64,000 bases of DNA from Octopus vulgaris (lineage: Eukaryota): positions 48,794,001-48,858,000 of the forward strand of contig OX597816.1 in assembly GCA_951406725.2 (NCBI GenBank), given 5' to 3'. Both the position numbers and the translations under genes were made by a program. Under the pieces are notes generated by a model. The model worked only from the letters and a program-made list of their open reading frames with translations, was not told the DNA's origin and searched no databases. Positions 27,291-40,345 of this stretch are shown here, in pieces (within the stretch, counting starts at the first letter, position 1; each line of letters begins with the position of its first letter).

Positions 27291-27493
27291 TAGCCCTCTT
27301 TCACATGCACATACATCCTCTCTTATACACACACGCACCTTTGTGTTGGGGCACCTTCGTATTGGAAGTCACTCGACCCTGTTATCTCCCCTACTGTCCC
27401 TCTCACGTCTGACCATTGTCCGAAGTCAGGACGCCATGATAGATCGTTAGCTCCTACACGCATTTTTTTTCTCTCCTTGTTTTTTTCTGTGTA

Positions 27494-27531
27494 TCTTTCT
27501 GTCGAAGAGCGTAGGCTCGAAACGTAAGAGA
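27494..27531 (+). ncRNA. Minimal type I hammerhead-like motif (CUGUCGA variant) in a ~200-bp repeat (27431-27625)
   Basis: TCTTT CTGTCGA A GAGC-gtag-GCTC GAAAC GTA AGAGA. Confidence 0.6.
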
Positions 27532-27622
27532 CTTTTACTTTTCCTGAGCGCTATACTAATACATTTGTTTGTTTGTACTCCACCTGCCTTCATCTTTTAT
27601 TTATTTTCGTAAACTTTCCCTT

Positions 27623-27667
<45 letters not shown>

Positions 27668-28129
27668 GATATTTTACACATGAATAACATGGAGAATCGT
27701 AGAAAATCCAGGCCCCTACATAAGCGGTACTAAGCATTGTAAACTGTACATAACCGAACGGGCAAGGATGTTAAAGGACTCCATTGACCCAGGGAACTTC
27801 CTTAATTTCAGAATGGAAGTCTTCGGATTCTGTTTGCACTTCGGGAAGTTCCTGCTGGTGTCCTGAGACTCACACGATAACAGAGTCGATGTTTCGAGTT
27901 TTTTGACTCTCGTCAATGGGAAGTACCAAAGAGAGGCAACTCTGAACAAACTTATAAAGCAATAACGCCATGTAAAATTCAGCCAACGACGTTGACTGAT
28001 TTGCGTTGGTAGATCGCCCGATCGAGAAAAATAACAAAATGTTAGCGACAAACTGTTGAAATATGTTCCAAACATATTTTAACTAACCTAAATTTTGCTT
28101 ATACCTAAACAATGCTTGACGCTAACATT

Positions 28130-28181
<52 letters not shown>

Positions 28182-28440
28182 TCACAATAAGGGTGAAAAA
28201 AATTGAATATTAATTAATAACATCAATTTAAAACACCAAGTGGCCTAGCGTAATAAAACTGGGATACAGTAAAAATTATTAATACAAGTAATAAGAGAGA
28301 GACCACATGTGGTTACTCTAACGTTAGAAATAGATCCGCAAAGGGAATCCACCACTAAAGAATTGTTCTCAAGCATTAATTCAACACGCCAAGAATGTAA
28401 GCGGGCAGGACAAATGAAAAATAACGAAAAAATATATTAA

Positions 28441-28514
28441 CTCTATACAATTGTTTCATCGTTAATAGATTGTGTAATTTTACTTACACAATCATTTTCG
28501 AATCCTCAGTAGAG
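28441..28514 (-). ncRNA. Type I hammerhead motif, left arm of the fold-back element
   Basis: Exact reverse complement of 34239-34312. Confidence 0.7.
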
Positions 28515-28709
28515 TGTAGTGGATGCGTGGATGTATTAATAAATACATAAGTGTTTTGTAATAAATTAAAGATTTATTATCACTACATCAATTTGTAAGC
28601 AATGCTACACATCGCTTGTACAAAATGCATATTAAATAGTGGTTGCAAATAATACATATTAAAGGAATGCATAATACAGGATACACATTAAAGCAGAATA
28701 TGTTTGATG

Positions 28710-28741
<32 letters not shown>

Positions 28742-29678
28742 CATGCAGGACAGAGTCACCTTTCTGAATATTCTTTCGTCGTCCTCATAAATGCGTGGCG
28801 TTCTCTTAAACGTTGATTCGGGTTCTCTCTAGATACCTATTTCTCCGTTCTATTTATAACATCTCAAATAGCCAGAAAAATAGATATACCGCAAGAGAGT
28901 TATCATTAAAGTAGGTCGCTGGTCGTCCTGTTAAACTTCGCCTGACCTGCTCGGGTCAGAGGTCGAAGGGAGACGATCCATCATTTTTTATCAGAACAAA
29001 GAGATTCTGATTTCGCGCCTTTTTGTGCATTGGTATTTTACGACCAATGATTCTTGGGTCTGATTTCGAATCCAAGCTTTGAGAAGGAAGTGCTAATTCT
29101 TACACTACCCCACTTCTAGTGAGAAAGCCACAGAGATCGAACGATATTGGAAATGTATTATTATTATTATTTTATTATTATTATTATTTTTTTTTTGATT
29201 GTGTGCATGTAGAAAAAAAATTTTTTTACACATTGAACGATAAAAATATGCATGAAAGGTTTACAATTTGTGTGTGCTATATGGTGGGCAATATGTATAT
29301 GTGCCCAGGCAGAATTATGTTGGCGCGTTGAAAGAGATGTGCGTCTATTGATTACTCGACCTACTAGGTCTAATAGAGGCAAGGTGTCTTTCAGTGGCGA
29401 AAAAATATCGAGTGATAGCACGCATGTGAACAAGATTTGTGAATGTGTGTGGATATACAGTTAGCAAAAAAAATATATTTATGAGAAAGCAAGCATTTTG
29501 AAGAGAAAACCAAAAAATATGTACATGCAAAAATGAAAGAAATGTTCATCGGCAAAGTTCGATTTTGAAATGTTCCGTAAAAGTTCATACAGACAGTTTT
29601 TATTTTCATTTTTTTTTTTTCTTTACGTACACAAATGTTCTTTGATTTCTCTGGGTGGGTGATGCAGTTATGTGTTCA

Positions 29679-32600
29679 TTAGGAAGATGGATACGTTAGG
29701 AGTTCAGAACTTACCCGAAAAACTTGCACAAACCTTGCTGGCCATCGAACTGTTCTTCCTGATTTGGTGTGTCGGGGTTGTGCAGAATCTGTGGTGTTCG
29801 CTGGAGTTGCCGAGTATGTTTGAGGAAAAGAGGGGACTGAATGTAAGTCCTCCTCGATGAAAGCTTTTTTTAAACGATCAATCGAGACCGTATTTCGTTT
29901 ACCTCCAATATCGAGGACGAAATACTTGGGTTCTCTTTTGATGACCTTGTAGGGCCCGGAATATGGTGGTCGAAGTTGAGAGGGTATCCCATCATTCCTC
30001 ACGAAGACATGAGTCCATGTGTTGATATCTTTTGGGACACGTGAAACGACGTTCTGTTGTCTAGGGCCTGAGGGTGATACTTGCGACATGGATGTTCGTA
30101 ATCGGTGCACATATTGTTGTGGGTCAGGGAAGTTTTGTGAAACAGGTTCGATCATCTGCCCAGGTAAGGTGAGTGTTGTGCCATAAACGAGTTCGGCCGG
30201 AGTATATCCCAGTTCTTCCTTAATCGTGGATCGAATTCCAAGGAGGATGAGAGGGAGATGTTCCAACCAGTTAGAACAGTCTGAAGATGCTTTTATAGCT
30301 GCCTTGGGTTGGCGGTGAAAGCATTCAACCATGCCATTTGCTACAGGCTGGTAAGCTGTAGTGTGGGTGTGTTTGCACCCAAGGAGACGAGTCATCTCAG
30401 TGAAGAGGTGGGAATCGAACTGACGTCCTCTGTCGGTGGTAATTGTTGCGGGTGTGCCAAAACGCGAATCCCATTGTGATATCAGTGTTTTAGCGACCGT
30501 TTCTGCTGATATATCAGATAGGGGCCAGGCTTCGGGCCATCGCGAGAACCTATCTACGCAAGTTAGCAAATATGAATAGTTCTGCGAAGGTGGCAGGGGT
30601 CCAACGATATCAATGTGAACGTGCTGAAATCGTGCATCGGGCTGCGAAAATGAACCGATTGGTGATTTTATGTGCCGGTGGATTTTCGCTTTTTGGCACG
30701 CAACACAGCACTTGGTCCATTCTCTGATATCCTTGTTGATACTGGTCCACACAAAACGGGTCGATATTAGCTTTTGAGTGGAGCGAATACCAGGATGTGA
30801 CAGAGAATGTAGAGCGGAGAAAACTTCTCGACGATATTTCTGTGGTACATAAGGGCGTTGGTAACCAGTGGAAATATCACACCAAATATGGGCTGTGGAT
30901 GATGGTAGTGGAACATGCTGAAATTTCAGAGATGACGAATTCCGGAGCTTTAGAAGTTCTTCGTCATTCTCCTGGTCAGCTGCTATACGTGCCAGATCAA
31001 TTGTAGACGTGGTGTGGATAGCATTGATCTGCGCACGTGAAAGTGCATCGGCTGCCACGTTGGTCGTCCCTTTGATGTGGCGTATATCCGTCGTGTACTG
31101 CGATATGAAGTCGAGGTGGCGTATTTCTCTTGGCGAATGGCGATCCGGTTTGGTGTTAAATGCGTATACTAATGGCTTGTGGTCGGTATATATGGCAAAA
31201 TTGGTACCTTCTAGCATATGACGGAAATGCTTAACGGCCAGGTATGCCGCCAATAATTCCCGACTGAATGTGCTGTATTTGGTTTCCGCGGGTTTTAACC
31301 GCTTAGAAAAGAAAGACAACGGTTGCCATATACCGTCAACAAGCTGTTGTAGCACACCTCCGATTCCGGAATCGGATGCATCAACGAGTAAACATCGTGG
31401 GGCGTCTGGTTTTGGATAAACCAACATGGTAGCGCTAGATAACGCTTTTTTCAGGGCAGCGAAAGAAACGAGTTGATCTTCGGTCAGAGCTATATCTGCA
31501 TTTTTGCAGGTTCGCTGACGTAGCAAATCCGTGAGCGGTTGCGCTATTTCAGCGAGGTGGGGCACGAACCGTCGATAGAAATTCGCTAGACCGAGATATT
31601 CCCTTAATTTGCGGAGAGATGTGGGTGGTGGAAAATCCACGATGGCCTTGACTTTCTCGGGAAGGGGACGAATTCCATTTTTATCGACTATATGGCCGAG
31701 AAAATGAAGGGAAGCAACTCCGAACAAACATTTAGTAGGGTTGATAACAATTCCGAATTTACGTAAACGTTCGAATAGCAGGTGAAGGTGTTGATTATGC
31801 TCTTCGTCCGAGTTACTGGCCACGAGTATGTCGTCTATGTAGGCATAGACGAAAGGCAAACCTCTAGTCACCATGTCGATAAACCTTTGGAATGTCTGTG
31901 CCGCGTTTCGTAAACCGAAAGGCATACGCAGGAATTCAAACATTCCGAAAGGTGTAGTCACTGCTGTCTTTGAGATGTCTGCAGGTTCGACTGGGATTTG
32001 GTTGTATGCTCGCACCAGGTCGATTTTTGAAAAGATGCGAGCTCCATGCAGCGAGCTCGAAAAGTCCTGAAGAAAAGGCACCGGATAGGCATCACTGATA
32101 GTGCTTTTATTCAGTGATCGATAATCGCCGCAAACCCGCCAATCGGTCGATGATTTTTTTGGGACGCAGTGTATCGGCGAGGACCAGTTGCTGCTGGAAA
32201 CGCGGATGATTCCGAGGTCGAGCATGTGCTGGAATTCCCGCTTGACGGCCTGGAGACGATCAGGTGGTAACCTTCTGGGCCTTGCAGCAACAGGTGGACC
32301 GCTGGTTTTGATGTGGTGGGTAACGTCGTGCTTTATCGGCTAGTTATGAAAAACTGGCCGGGCGACATCTGGATAATCATTCAGGATGGAACTGTGACGA
32401 GTCGTTGTCGTAAGCATTACAGTTGGGCTGACTGTGTCCATTCGAGCGGCTATACCGCGCACAGTAAGCTTGGTGGTGGTGTCGACAAGTCGTCTGTTCT
32501 TTATGTCTACCAGGAGACCGAAATGATGCAGGAAATCGGCTCCTAAGATAGGGGTCGGCAGTTTAGCGACGACGAATACCCACTGAAATGTGCGGCGTAG

Positions 32601-32921
32601 TCCTATGTTTAATGTTAGGGACTGTTCACCGTAGGTTGGAATGGGTGAATGGTTGACTGCCTGAAGACAGACTGATGTCTCTTTTCTTTTTCCAGAAGTG
32701 TTGGAGACTGGTATGATGCTGACTTCCGCACCTGTGTCAACCAGGAAACGCGTGCCTGTTACACGATCGCAAACGAAAAACAGGCGACTGTGTGGGTGCG
32801 AACCAGGAACTTCCGTCGCGTTCAATTCCTGGCTGTGCCGTTTCCCGAACTGGGTGAGGAAAACGAGCACGGTACCGTACATTTTTGTGCCCGTGTTCCG
32901 AATGTTCGGTGGTACCAACAC
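29679..32921 (-). pseudogene. Gypsy pol (PR-RT-RNaseH-IN) with one in-frame TAG at 32340-42
   Basis: LVDTGA protease, YIDD RT, DAS RNase H, HHCC + DDE integrase, GPY motif; the two ORF pieces share a frame; GGGAAAC slippery site at the gag overlap. Confidence 0.92.
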
Positions 32922-33643
32922 GTGTCATGTGAGCTCCGGGTAGCACTAGGGCTTCGGGACCGTCTGCCATCTCGTCGAGATCGGCTGGTGCTTCGACGCT
33001 GGGGACTAAACTTTAGGGCTTGTATTTGGGCTGTGAGAATTTGTATTTGCGCAGCTTGCTGCGTCATTAATGCACGCAAATCCGAAATCTCTGAAGAACT
33101 GGTTTGTGCACGGAAAGGATTGGTACTGGGAGCGGCTGGCGTCACCGTCGATACCGTTGGATATCTGTGCGGTACTTCGGCTATTTTGTCAGCTAGCTCC
33201 GCCAGTTCTTCAAGGGATGTGTTTTCTCTGGTGGACGCGAGAACAACCTGGGTATTGGAGGGCAGACGCTGGAGAAAAAGTTGCTTGAAGATTTTTTCTG
33301 GGAGCGTCTCATCTCCGAGAAGCTGTTTCATTCTCCGAAGAAGCTGGGACGGCGTTTTGTCACCCAATTCTTCCGATATCAGAAGCTGGTGAAGTCTTTT
33401 TTGTTGGGATTCTGAGGTTCTGTTTATTAACGTGGTTTTAAAAACTTCATATGAAACAGAACCGGGTGGTGCCATGATAAGGTCGCGTATCACGTTCGTT
33501 ATTTCTGGTGACAGAGAACTGATAACGTGAGAAAGTCAAGCCGCATCGCTCGATATTCTGTGAGAGGCAAACTGTGCCTCTATATGGTGAAACCACAATG
33601 TCGGGTCGTGGGTCCAGAATGGTGGAATTTTTAACGAGATCGC
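32822..33643 (-). pseudogene. Gypsy gag lacking its start codon, one in-frame TGA
   Basis: AISLKIPPFWTHDPTLWF..IEAQF N-terminus through CWYH..FG..A.KC..PC. Confidence 0.85.
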
Positions 33644-34043
33644 CTTGATGGTGTGTGTGTGTGTGTGTGTGTGTGTAAATCATGCAGGACAGAGTCACCT
33701 TTCTGAATATTCTTTCGTCGTCCTCATAAATGCGTGGCGTTCTCTTAAACGTTGATTCGGGTTCTCTCCAGATACCTATTTCTCCGTTCTATTTATAACA
33801 TCTCAAATAGCCAGAAAAATAGATATACCGCAAGAGAGTTATCATTAAAGTAGGTCGCTGGTCGTCCTGTTAAACTTCGCCTGACCTGCTCGGGTCAGAG
33901 GTCGAAGGGAGACGATCCATCATTTTTTGTCAGAACAAAGAGATTCTGATTTCGCGCCTTTTTGTGCATTGGTATTTTACGACCAATGATTCTTGGGTCT
34001 GATTTCGAATCCAAGCTTTGAGAAGGAAGTGCTAATTCTTACA

Positions 34044-34243
34044 AGAGTATATCAAAATATAATTTGCTGGACCGAACGCCAAAATCCACACGAAGCCGAG
34101 CAAAGGCGAACGGCACAGCCGATAATATTTGCAGTTACGTTCAAATATCCTCTGCAAATATTATCGGCTGTGCCGTTCGCCTTTGCTCGGCTTCGTGTGT
34201 ATTTTGGCGTTCGGTCCAGCAAATTTTATTATGATATGCTCTA
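34044..34243. repeat. ~90-bp-arm near-perfect hairpin, centre of the fold-back element
   Basis: 34044-34134 is the reverse complement of 34152-34243 with few mismatches; ~17-nt loop. Confidence 0.9.
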
Positions 34244-34312
34244 CTGAGGATTCGAAAATGATTGTGTAAGTAAAATTACACAATCTATTAACGATGAAAC
34301 AATTGTATAGAG
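34239..34312 (+). ncRNA. Type I hammerhead ribozyme motif with extended stem II
   Basis: Stem I CTCTA/TAGAG, core CTGAGGA...GAAAC, stem II TCG/CGA plus GATTGTGTAA/TTACACAATC, palindromic stem III ACAATTGT, GUA site. Confidence 0.7.
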
Positions 34313-34464
34313 TTAATCTATTTTTTCGTTATTTTTCCTTTGTCCTGCCCGCTTAAATTCTTGGCGTGTTGAATTAACGCTTGAGAACAATTCTTTAGAG
34401 GTGGATTCCCTTTGCGGATCTATTTCTAGCGTTAGAGTGACCACATGTGGTCTCTCACTTATTA

Positions 34465-34517
<53 letters not shown>

Positions 34518-34560
34518 ATACATATATATAAATATATATATGCGTGTGTGTATGTATGTG

Positions 34561-34592
<32 letters not shown>

Positions 34593-34624
34593 TGTATATA
34601 TGTATGTATATATATATGTATGTA

Positions 34625-34711
<87 letters not shown>

Positions 34712-34885
34712 CATCATCATCATCATCATCATTTAAGAGTTCGACCCATGCTAGCATGGAAAACGGACGTTAAGTGATGATACATATATATATATATGTA
34801 TATACATACATATATATATATACTACATATATATATATACATATATATATATGTATATATATATGTATGTATATATATATATATG

Positions 34886-34917
<32 letters not shown>

Positions 34918-34927
34918 TGTATATATA

Positions 34928-35140
34928 TAACGGGAAGCTTTATGAAAATAAACAAAAGACGAAGGCAGGTGGAAAACAAACGAACAATTGTATTAGTATG
35001 GCGCTCAGGAAATATAAATAAAACAAGTCTTTAACGTTTCGAGCCTACGCTCTTCAACAGAAAGATACACAGAGAGAGAAAAACACAGAAAGAAGGAGAG
35101 AAAAAAATGCGTGCAGTAGCTAACGAATCAACATGGCGAT
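34928..35140 (-). mobile_element. ~210-bp hammerhead-variant repeat in (TA)n (motif 35028-35065, CUGUUGA)
   Basis: Same family as 27431-27625; appears identical to 39023-39236. Confidence 0.8.
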
Positions 35141-35149
35141 CTGGATATG

Positions 35150-35200
<51 letters not shown>

Positions 35201-35339
35201 GTATATATATGTATATATATATGTATCTATATATATGTATGTATATATATGTATATGCGTATGTATATATATATATGTATATGTATGTATATATATATAT
35301 GTATATATATATGTATGTATATATATATATGTATATGTA

Positions 35340-35376
<37 letters not shown>

Positions 35377-35391
35377 TTATATATACATATA

Positions 35392-35445
<54 letters not shown>

Positions 35446-35646
35446 TGTATATATATTTTATTGTGTCTTGGGAGAGTCATTACACCAATATTGATAAAAC
35501 ACGCATTTACATAATCTTGCCCGCCATATATGCATGCATACATAAATGTATTCATATATGAGTATTTTTATTCATTTCGAAGTTTCTGTTTTTATATATT
35601 CTACAACAGTAAACGAGCAGAATTTTATCAATTTGTTTTTCGGTAG

Positions 35647-35775
35647 GATCAGCGACAATATCTAAACTATCTACATGGAATTCTAAATACATGTTATTCT
35701 TCTGAAGTGAAAGAACTCCTGACTGGCTGGCCATGTAGCTACATATATGAGGAAGAAGATCTGTATTCAATGCAT
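35647..35775 (+). CDS. RH-domain gene, coding exon 7 (DQRQYLNYLHGILNTC...EEEDLYSMH)
   Basis: Not in the ORF track; acceptor cggtAG, donor CAT|GTAAAT; 43 codons, phase 0/0; RH-family R..L..L...L.TC and LYS motifs. Confidence 0.88.
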
Positions 35776-36449
35776 GTAAATATACCTTTTACTTTTGTTG
35801 TTTACTCTAGGATGTAAAAGTTTTGTATTCTTTCCCTATTTGTCTTAGTCCTTTGTCTGCTGGCGTCAAGGTTGGATAACTTCTATGCTGATGACGCCTA
35901 CTGAACCAGAAAAACGTGATCGTGGCTGTCTTCTTTCTAGACAAACAGTCTGACTTCTCCTAAATGACACACCGTCTCCGGAGAGTTCGTGATTTTTGAG
36001 ACCCTTTCCTTTTCCCATTCAAAACTCGTCGCGATTGCTATCAGGCATGTATTTTATCTCCTCTGGCTGTGAAGTTAATTCCAAGGAAGCAAGAATTTAT
36101 CATGTACAGTATTTAATATACCTTATTTATCTTGGTTATTGAATTTCACACTAGTGGCCTGCTCTTACCTACCTTTCTTAGCTCATTTTGTTTACGTATA
36201 TTGTTGACAGCATACGAATTTATAAACCTTTGATAGAACGTGGAATAATTCTTTGTTTGGAAGAGTGTATACCGAAGCACATAAAGCAATTAACAGTAGG
36301 TTGTGGGGATGTAGGTTCATGTCCCACGACCAGCTTGCGAGATTTTCTATCCAAAAAGGGCTTTTCAACCGCATATTTACATGTTATTACATGTTATTAT
36401 GGTCTAAAAAAAGATTATACATACATACAGACATACACATACACACACA

Positions 36450-36507
<58 letters not shown>

Positions 36508-36509
36508 AA

Positions 36510-36700
36510 GAGGTACTGAAAAGTTCCTGGCTTTGGGTAAAAGAAAATACGGGTGAATCATTTTAAGATTTTATTTAACACAATCCCCTCTCAGGTTCGC
36601 ATACTCTTTGCAATGACCCTTCAGTTTTCTAAGCCCTGTAGAAGGACTCGAAAGGTTGGGCCTCCAACTAGGCCTTTTGCGATACCCTTGAAGCCAATAA
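36510..36700. mobile_element. Mariner-like MITE end
   Basis: GAGGTACTGAAAAGTTCCTGGCTT resembles a mariner TIR; partner end not identified. Confidence 0.4.
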
Positions 36701-36711
36701 CTATTCAGCAT

Positions 36712-36745
<34 letters not shown>

Positions 36746-37279
36746 ATTATTAAGTGAAACTTAAGTTTCACCTTCGACTTAAGTTTCACCTTCGACAAAT
36801 ATTCAGCTGTTGAATTAAAAGTGAGACTTGAAGTCTCAATCATATCAAAATCATCACTGAATTTTATTTTACTAAATGCATGAGGTAGCGCCACAAGTTA
36901 ATGCTTATACTTTATATTCTATGAATCGATGAACAATACCAAACAACGTATGTAAATATGAACCAGTTTTAGCGATGTGAATCTGAATTTATTTTTGTTA
37001 TTCGTTTTAGAATATCGATTTTTAATCGAATTTCAATTTCAAGATTTGCTAGTCTGCTTTCTTCAAGTTCAAATTATGAAAGCTTAATTTCTTTTTTAAT
37101 GCAGGCACAGAAACAGAAAGACGCATCTGCCTACATACGCACATATATATAATATATAATGTTCTCTGCATACACAAATATTCAAGACAACATACATACA
37201 CAAGCGCGTGAGCACAGAAACAAATACAACATTCTTTGTTATCTTTTTATCCATTAATAATATTATTGCAATATTTCAG

Positions 37280-37447
37280 GATCTGGTTAAGGTCAACTCT
37301 GGAGAAATGGGGACCTACCTAGACGTCTGGATTACTAAATCGAGCAAACACATCAAGAAATGCAATATGTGTAAACGTGAAGCTATTGCCTGTAAGATCT
37401 GTCACTCTGAACCGGTTCTTCTAACTTATGATAAAAACGCAGCTGTG
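37280..37447 (+). CDS. RH-domain gene, coding exon 8 (DLVKVNSG...HIKKCNMC...CKIC...AAV)
   Basis: RH Zn ligands H-x3-C-x2-C and C-x2-C; acceptor tttcAG, donor GTG|GTGAGT. Confidence 0.92.
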
Positions 37448-37491
37448 GTGAGTTACTAGTTCCTTCCTATGTACTGTTATGTAAGAAACTA

Positions 37492-38115
37492 AGTCGGCGG
37501 GCTGGTAGAATCGTTAAGGCGGCGAGCTGGCAGAACCGTTAGCACGCCGGGCGAAATGCTTAGCAGTATTTTCGTCTGCCATTACGCTCTGAGTTCAACT
37601 TCCGCCGAGGTCGACTTTGCTTTTCATCCTTTCGGGGTCGATAAATTAAGAACCAGTTACGCACTGGAGTCGATATAATCGACTTAATCCGTTTGTCTGT
37701 CCTTGTTTGTCCCCTATGTGTAGCCCCTTGTGGGCAGTAAAGAAATGGGTATTTCATCTGCCATTACGTTCTGAGTTCAAATTCCGCCGAAGTCGACTTA
37801 GCCTTTCATCCTTTCGGGGTCGATAAATTAAGTAGCAGTTACGCACTGGGGTCGGTGTAATCAACTTAATCCCTTTGTCTGACCTTGTTTGTTCCCTCTA
37901 TGTTTAGCCCCTTGTGGCCGATAAAGAAATACGAATCGTCAGCACGCCGAACAAAAATGCTTAGCTGTATTTCTTCCAACTTCACGTTTTGAGTTCAAAT
38001 TCCGCCGAGGTCAACACTTCCTTTTATCCTTTAGGGGGTCGAGAAAATTAAGTACCAGTAGAGCACATGGGTCGATGTAATCGACTAGGTCCTCGTCCCG
38101 AAATTTTGAGGCATT
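37492..38115 (+). mobile_element. SINE A dimer (37516-37931) nested in an older SINE A
   Basis: Old head interrupted; GAATCGT duplicated on both sides of the dimer. Confidence 0.75.
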
Positions 38116-38573
38116 GTTTTTATTACAGATAGAAATATGCGAGAAATTAAAAAGGGCTGCGCAATAGGTGTCTTTCCTACATTAAAACGAGGTAAAAAGT
38201 TGGTAGATATGATGTGGTTTATAAGTCGATTTGTTTTAAAGCGTTGCATAGTTTGTATTGGTTTCTGTAATACTTAGATGTATGAAGTGCACCACGTTTG
38301 TTGGGATTTAATATCAAGAAAGGAAAGGGGTGTAATTCGATACTGCAAGTCATTTTCCTGTTTCTGCCACGATCATCTGCCCCCCCCCCCCATCAATTTC
38401 TAACCTACTTCTTGATATTGGAAACTTAAGAATTGCTTTCTCTATTGTATTATAGAAATAAAAATACCAATGAGATGACACATTTTCGGGGCAGGTTCTC
38501 TCTCCCCCACTTCTCTCTCCTCTCCCTCTTTCTCTCCGTCTCTGTATGTACATACGTATATATATATATACAT

Positions 38574-38640
<67 letters not shown>

Positions 38641-38979
38641 GCGCCCTTTTCAAACCTAGCTAGGCTCATGGGTCCGGTCTCCCGGTTTTTTGTGGTGTAT
38701 GTGTTCCCCCCAGCTGCACGGGACGCCAATCCATCGCAGCGTTACTCAAGAAACAGGAAGAGAGAGTGAGAGCAAGTTGGGTGAAAGAGTACAACAGGGG
38801 TCGCCACCACCCCCTGCCGGAGCCTCCTGGAACTTTAGGTGTTTTTGCTCAATAAACGTACACAACGCCCGGTCTGGGAATCAAAACCGCGATCCTCCGA
38901 CCGCGAGACCGCTGCCCTAACCACTGGGCCATTGCGCCTCCACACAAACACATACATACATACACACACACACACACAT

Positions 38980-39022
<43 letters not shown>

Positions 39023-39025
<3 letters not shown>

Positions 39026-39236
39026 CGGGAAGCTTTATGAAAATAAACAAAAGACGAAGGCAGGTGGAAAACAAACGAACAATTGTATTAGTATGGCGCT
39101 CAGGAAATATAAATAAAACAAGTCTTTAACGTTTCGAGCCTACGCTCTTCAACAGAAAGATACACAGAGAGAGAAAAACACAGAAAGAAGGAGAGAAAAA
39201 AAATGCGTGCAGTAGCTAACGAATCAACATGGCGAT
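39023..39236 (-). mobile_element. ~210-bp hammerhead-variant repeat (motif 39123-39160)
   Basis: Matches 34928-35140. Confidence 0.8.
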
Positions 39237-39239
39237 GTA

Positions 39240-40245
39240 TGTATGTATAAAAAATATATATAAAAATACAAAATGGGACAAGAACGCAAAACACTCAAAG
39301 AGACGACACAAAAAACGGACGGGTCATTCGAAGCCTCCAATCTTCAGTCAAGAACCGGATCATCCTCGCAATTTCGGCTGATTAATCTTGAGATCGCTCC
39401 GATCCGGCCAGCCCCAAGGAAAAACTAAGCTACGAGCATTAGATTTCTTGGAAAAAGGATCGAATGTATACGAAACAAGGACAGAAAAACGGACGATGCC
39501 ACACGAATATAAATACAAAAAACAATAATAGTAATAACAGGACAAAAACAGCGGCTGTCTTACGACTTTAGACAGTTGAACTTAGCTTAACTGGCGTATT
39601 TGGAAAAAAATGCCTTTGCGGCAGACGAAGAAAACGGTGTTGTCGTGGCGGTGGTCAGAAGCCGAAAGGCTAGTTGACCGGCGGTCACGTGAGAGGAGAA
39701 GAGAGAGAAAATAAAAGGGAGCAAAGGAATCAAAGAGAGAGAGAGAGAGAGAGAAAAAGAGGGACAAAGGCACCAAAGGGGGGGAGAAGAGAGAGAAAGA
39801 AGGAATTAAAGAGGGGAGAAGAAAGAGAGCGTGCCAAGGATTGGCTTGGCGACAGAATCAGTGAGGTGCAAAGTGAGAAAGACAGAGAAATGTGAGAGAG
39901 TGGGGGAAGAGGAGACCAAAGAATCAGAGGCAAGAAAAGAGAAAGACAGAGACTAGTGAAGTATAGAGAAAGTGTGTGTAGAAGTCGTACAATAGTGGAA
40001 TGCTTACATAAGAGAACAAGATGTACCTTACGCCGCAATAATATATGTATAAAAAATATATATAAAAATACAAAATGGGACAAGAACGCATACACTTGAC
40101 TGAAGATTAGAGGCTTCGAATGACCCGTCCGTCTTTTTGTGTCGTCTCTTTGAGTGCTTTGCGTTCTTGTCCCATTTTGTATTTTTATATATACTTTTTA
40201 TACATATATTATTGCGGCGTAACGTACATCTTGTTCTCTTATGTA
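39240..40245. mobile_element. Non-coding Penelope-like element with direct and inverted terminal repeats
   Basis: 39243-39288 repeated directly at ~40044-40090; 39243-39352 inverted at ~40095-40205; 40003-40090 inverted at ~40160-40245. Confidence 0.6.
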
Positions 40246-40345
40246 TGTAAACATATATATATGTATGTATATATATATATATATAAAGGAGAATATAGCA
40301 GACACTGAAAAACAAACAAAACAAAGTTTACGTAAAACATTCTTT

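Larger units (their letters stand above)
28515..34043 (-). mobile_element. Ty3/Gypsy LTR retrotransposon with 4-bp TSD AGAG
   Basis: TG...CA ends; 3' LTR 28515-29104, truncated 5' LTR 33646-34043; PPT AGAAGTGGGGTAG; AGAG at 28511-14 and 34044-47. Confidence 0.93.

Noticed and set aside
28705-29104. LTR boundary taken from the shared 400-bp repeat
   Set aside because: No TSD at 28705; TSD AGAG and the TG end place the boundary at 28515.
34401-35561. Many ORFs of Y/I/C/V/H/T runs (also 15606, 43307-46464, 61905-62432)
   Set aside because: Translations of (TA)n, (CA)n, (TAT)n and (CTAT)n microsatellites.
35880-35960. Hammerhead at CTGATGA 35888
   Set aside because: No stems; reads as FYADD, more likely an ancient LINE RT scrap.
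39317-39400. Hammerhead around minus-strand CTGAAGA (and CTGATGA near 46525)
   Set aside because: Could not build three stems with a correctly placed GAAA and UH.
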